Shown here piece after piece: positions 60,709-64,000 of a DNA stretch of 64,000 nucleotides. The DNA is from Tolypothrix carrinoi HA7290-LM1 (GTDB lineage Bacteria > Cyanobacteriota > Cyanobacteriia > Cyanobacteriales > Nostocaceae), in assembly GCA_019358935.1 (NCBI GenBank), contig JAHHIK010000007.1, positions 53,884 through 117,883 on the forward strand. The letters run 5' to 3'. The notes beneath the pieces are model-generated. The model made no database searches, had not been told where the DNA came from, and worked only from the letters and a program-made list of their open reading frames with translations. The first letter of the stretch is position 1, and each line of letters starts with the position of its first letter. The translations under genes and the position numbers were made by a program.

Positions 60709-61161
60709 ATGAAAAATGTCCAGGCTAAAACTTACTTTGAAATTCACTATGAATCTGAAATAAGTGACAGAAGTTGGTACAGGATAAAGCGTGCTTTACG
60801 CGAATCCGGATTGGAGATAACCCGTGAAAATCTCCAACTCATTGCTGATTTGAAAAGGAGGACGGTGTACACCAAGCTGTCCTTGAAACAACTAATTTAT
60901 TGCCACTACTCAGCACTTCAGATAGCAAACAAACGAGTCTTAATTAAAGGGGATGTCGTCTACAGAGAACTCCAAAAAATTAGCAGTAATAAAGCTCACC
61001 GCACAACTATTATCAGATGGTTTCAATCAGTTCCCAAGAAAGAAGGTAAGTATTTTGATAAAAACAGGGACTACAAAGCAGAAGAGTTAGTGCCAGTATT
61101 TGCTGCTGCCTGTCTGTACGTTCAAAAGAAACTCTCCCAAAAGTTGCCATTATCCAAATAG
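60709..61161 (+). CDS. Hypothetical basic protein (possibly DNA-binding)
   Basis: 150-aa ATG ORF, first of a co-directional run; HTH-like ISDRSWYRIK and HRTTIIRWF segments. Confidence 0.65.
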   Translation: MKNVQAKTYFEIHYESEISDRSWYRIKRALRESGLEITRENLQLIADLKRRTVYTKLSLKQLIYCHYSALQIANKRVLIKGDVVYRELQKISSNKAHRTTIIRWFQSVPKKEGKYFDKNRDYKAEELVPVFAAACLYVQKKLSQKLPLSK

Positions 61162-61173
61162 GAGGTTGGAAGA

Positions 61174-62022
61174 ATGATTGCACGTAGCGATATAGAAAAT
61201 ATTCGTAAAGCTGTTAAACAATCAGGGGACTATAAACCCACAGCACAACAAATCCGAGAAGCCATTTTGAAAGTATGTCGTAATGGTAAGAATATCCGTA
61301 AGCACAAGCGGGAAATTGTACAGTCAGTAATCAAAATGCAGAATACCAAAAATGAAATGGGTTTTATTAACCTGGAACAACCAATTGAGATTAATACTGA
61401 AACACAAATAAACACTGCACATGAGCAAAAAAACCAAATTCAGCCAGTGTCAGATTCTTCACAAACCGAATTAGATAACACCAGATTAATTGATACAAAT
61501 AATATCCAACCAGGAAAATCATCACATTTGGTGCAATCTTCCGGGGGGAGGTTTCACGTAATTAGCGATTCGTCCAATATTGTTGATGAGACTTTTGTTG
61601 ATGAAATACTGAGTCAGGAGAGCGGTGAAGTAGTAGAAACATCATCCATAGTATTTAGTACCGAACAGAAGCAAGATTTAATCACAACCCAAGCATCAGT
61701 TTTAGGGATTGAACTATCCGAAGTAGAAGTAGCCGACTTAGCATCAACCGTTGAGGATACATTCACAGATTATGCAGAATTTATTCGAGAAGTTACTTCA
61801 GCAATTAAAACCTATGCCGACCATCACTATGATTCTTTAGAACAATCCATCGAAGATACCCATAAAGATTTAAAGAATCATTTTGCATACCGAGAAAGGC
61901 AACTCAATCAAAAGTTTGTAGAAGGTTTAGGCAATGTGAAAACGGCACTAGAGGTGAGCCAGTCAAACCTCAAAAGAACAAAAGCTACAATCCTCTCACA
62001 TCTCAAAATCAAGGGTTCATAA
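61174..62022 (+). CDS. Hypothetical protein with C-terminal coiled coil
   Basis: 282-aa ORF with GGAGG RBS. Confidence 0.7.
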   Translation: MIARSDIENIRKAVKQSGDYKPTAQQIREAILKVCRNGKNIRKHKREIVQSVIKMQNTKNEMGFINLEQPIEINTETQINTAHEQKNQIQPVSDSSQTELDNTRLIDTNNIQPGKSSHLVQSSGGRFHVISDSSNIVDETFVDEILSQESGEVVETSSIVFSTEQKQDLITTQASVLGIELSEVEVADLASTVEDTFTDYAEFIREVTSAIKTYADHHYDSLEQSIEDTHKDLKNHFAYRERQLNQKFVEGLGNVKTALEVSQSNLKRTKATILSHLKIKGS

Positions 62023-62166
62023 ACTTTATTTCTTGATATTGGGGCTGTGTTTAATACCTCTACTGATTCAATTGTTGTGGAGTTTCCGACCCTTGACCCC
62101 CAGCCAGCAACGACAAAGGTTAGTCGAGCAGGGTTTCATCTGTAAAGGACATTGCAAGGATTAATT

Positions 62167-62823
62167 ATGAAAAACAAAGCCAAAGTCCGCGACCACGTAT
62201 CAACCTACGGTAAGCAAATAACCAAAGCTACAAATCAAAAGTTTGACATCAACAATGCTTTGATTATCAAAGCCGTAAACGGAGACGAGAAAGCCCTCAA
62301 ACAGATTGGCGATATGGGTAAGCTGGGGGAGAGACTAGCTATGTCTATGCCACTTATCCGGGAAAATCTTAAAGCCTATATCGAGGGAACAACAGAGTAC
62401 AACACAGCCCTAGCAGACATTTATAAAAGTGGTGGTAAAGGTGCGATCGCAATTGATAAAGCCGCTAGTGATGTAACCCTAGAAAACACCCGTTACAACA
62501 ACCTGATTTCAGAGTACAAAGCTAGTTTATTTGCCAAGTTAGAAGCAGAGAACCAACGTCACGATGATGCGCTAGATGTCATCGAGTTACAGGCTTGGAT
62601 AGATACTCAAATGGCTACAGTTAACGCCAAAGCTAGCCTTGAATCTATTTCAAACAAGCCATTTTTAGCGCAGATGAAAGCAGATAGAGATTACGAAGAT
62701 AAAAAGATTAAACACCTACTAGAGAATGGTAGTGACTCAGATTTATCGCTTATCCCCAAAAAGCATTACTCAACAAACCCAGTAGTTAAGCTTTGGAATG
62801 AAATCAGAGATATTTTCAGTTAA
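62167..62823 (+). CDS. Hypothetical helical protein
   Basis: ATG after AAGGA; 218 aa. Confidence 0.7.
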   Translation: MKNKAKVRDHVSTYGKQITKATNQKFDINNALIIKAVNGDEKALKQIGDMGKLGERLAMSMPLIRENLKAYIEGTTEYNTALADIYKSGGKGAIAIDKAASDVTLENTRYNNLISEYKASLFAKLEAENQRHDDALDVIELQAWIDTQMATVNAKASLESISNKPFLAQMKADRDYEDKKIKHLLENGSDSDLSLIPKKHYSTNPVVKLWNEIRDIFS

Positions 62824-62890
62824 TTAAAAAGCCTCCAGACAGATGTGTAACTGGAGGTAAAAAATCAAAACACATTATGGTATTTTTATT

Positions 62891-63466
62891 ATGTCTGATT
62901 TGGAATTAGGAGAGGATACCACAATTTCATCAAACTACCCAATCCAAGAAGATACTGCATTTACCCCCGATGAAATCTCAGCTATCAAAGCTTACAAGGA
63001 TAATCTCAACCGAAAGCTAAACAAAAATCGAAGTATTTTAAAGGGATTAGAGACAAGTTTTTGGGGAATTACTTCCTACAGTTTAGCCCGATTTTTGATT
63101 ATTACAAGCGGCACTGGAGGAATCGCATTAGCAATAGCATCAATCCTCCTAATCAATCAAATAACCAATAGAGAAGTATTTGATGAGATAAATATTAATC
63201 GCAAAGATGGACAATGGTCAGCTGACAATATGGGTAAACTTATCAAATTTGGATTCTCAACCTTAGTCACTGCATTTGTAATGTGGAGTGCCTTGGGTAG
63301 TTTTTTGAACATTGTTAACTCATCAAAACAAACCTACAACCAATTGCAGGATACCGTTACAGCTTTTAATAAGCTACCCGAAGACAAGCAAAATGGATTT
63401 ATTATTGTAGGTGGTTTACTCGTCTTAGCTGGTATCTACACGATTATTGACTCAAAAAGAAGATAA
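62891..63466 (+). CDS. Hypothetical membrane protein (3-4 TM)
   Basis: Hydrophobic segments at ~aa 57-88, 116-140 and 170-187. Confidence 0.72.
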   Translation: MSDLELGEDTTISSNYPIQEDTAFTPDEISAIKAYKDNLNRKLNKNRSILKGLETSFWGITSYSLARFLIITSGTGGIALAIASILLINQITNREVFDEININRKDGQWSADNMGKLIKFGFSTLVTAFVMWSALGSFLNIVNSSKQTYNQLQDTVTAFNKLPEDKQNGFIIVGGLLVLAGIYTIIDSKRR

Positions 63467-63467
63467 G

Positions 63468-64000
63468 ATGAAAGTCTACTCAGGGTTAACAGTTATCGGG
63501 GTAACAATTGCTTTATCAAGTGCGATGTATTTAAGCCAGTCTAATCGTCCACATGACTTAGTAGCAATTAAATTCTGCCCGAAAACTGCCAACTTACCAC
63601 CTCGCTACGGTGAAGAATTTAGTCAACGTTCCCAAGAAAGTTTAGATAAAAAGTATTGCGACTACGAGCATAAATTGCTCAAAGAGATATGGTCACAAAA
63701 GCAATTTGAATCGTCTACACCATTACCAGAATCATCATTCAGCATTCGTCATATCCCTGCTAGTAATAAGAATGCGATTTGGTTTTTAGTTGCTCCCATA
63801 GCTTCTGGAATCGCTTATTTAAGTTGGACTAAAAAGGCAGAAATAGACGAACTCTCAGCACATTCTGAATTAGAAGCGTATAAAAGTTGTATTAAATTAA
63901 CCACAGTCTCTAATCAAAATGAGAGAGAATTTAAGACGCTTCAAACTAATCAAACATGGGATAAACAAAAAGTTAAGCATGGTTTTATATCCATTGAAGC
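63468..64000 (+). CDS. Hypothetical membrane protein, partial (runs off the right edge)
   Basis: Manual translation MKVYSGLTVIGVTIALSSAMYLSQ...AIWFLVAPIASGIAYLSW... is open to the end of the window. Confidence 0.7.
   Translation, partial: MKVYSGLTVIGVTIALSSAMYLSQSNRPHDLVAIKFCPKTANLPPRYGEEFSQRSQESLDKKYCDYEHKLLKEIWSQKQFESSTPLPESSFSIRHIPASNKNAIWFLVAPIASGIAYLSWTKKAEIDELSAHSELEAYKSCIKLTTVSNQNEREFKTLQTNQTWDKQKVKHGFISIE

Noticed and set aside
1..64000. rRNA or tRNA genes
   Set aside because: None recognised by eye; tRNAscan-SE or Infernal would be needed to exclude them formally.

Overview
This looks like a segment of a large plasmid from a filamentous (Nostoc-like) cyanobacterium, based on frequent HIP1 GCGATCGC octamers, heptamer STRR repeats, a CyRepA1-type Rep, ParA/ParB and a MobV relaxase. 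From left to right it holds: the 5' part of a type I PKS (KS-AT-DH-cMT, running off the left edge); parAB; an SF1 helicase, MobV relaxase, SNF2 helicase and tyrosine recombinase; an ISAzo13 remnant; a ~30 kb island; a Tn3 remnant; and a replication region. The island contains two convergent operons (a decaying respiration/pentose-phosphate operon on +, a largely intact redox/stress operon on -) plus a Ser/Thr-His hybrid kinase and a NarL-type regulator. The replication region has CyRepA1, 22-bp iteron-like repeats, a large HTH protein, an RHH plus nucleotidyltransferase pair and an operon of hypothetical genes. Three signals stand out. (1) An 18-bp palindrome GCCAATAACGTTATTGGC is arrayed 9 times in frame inside parB and occurs 5 more times outside it, a candidate intragenic parS centromere. 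(2) Two homologous promoters 23 kb apart, each with 16-bp boxes phased at 24 bp, head the two convergent operons, suggesting a regulon of the hybrid kinase/NarL pair. (3) Several 24-bp in-frame micro-insertions sit at apparent former HIP1 sites. All functional calls come from motif recognition by eye; no database searches were run.
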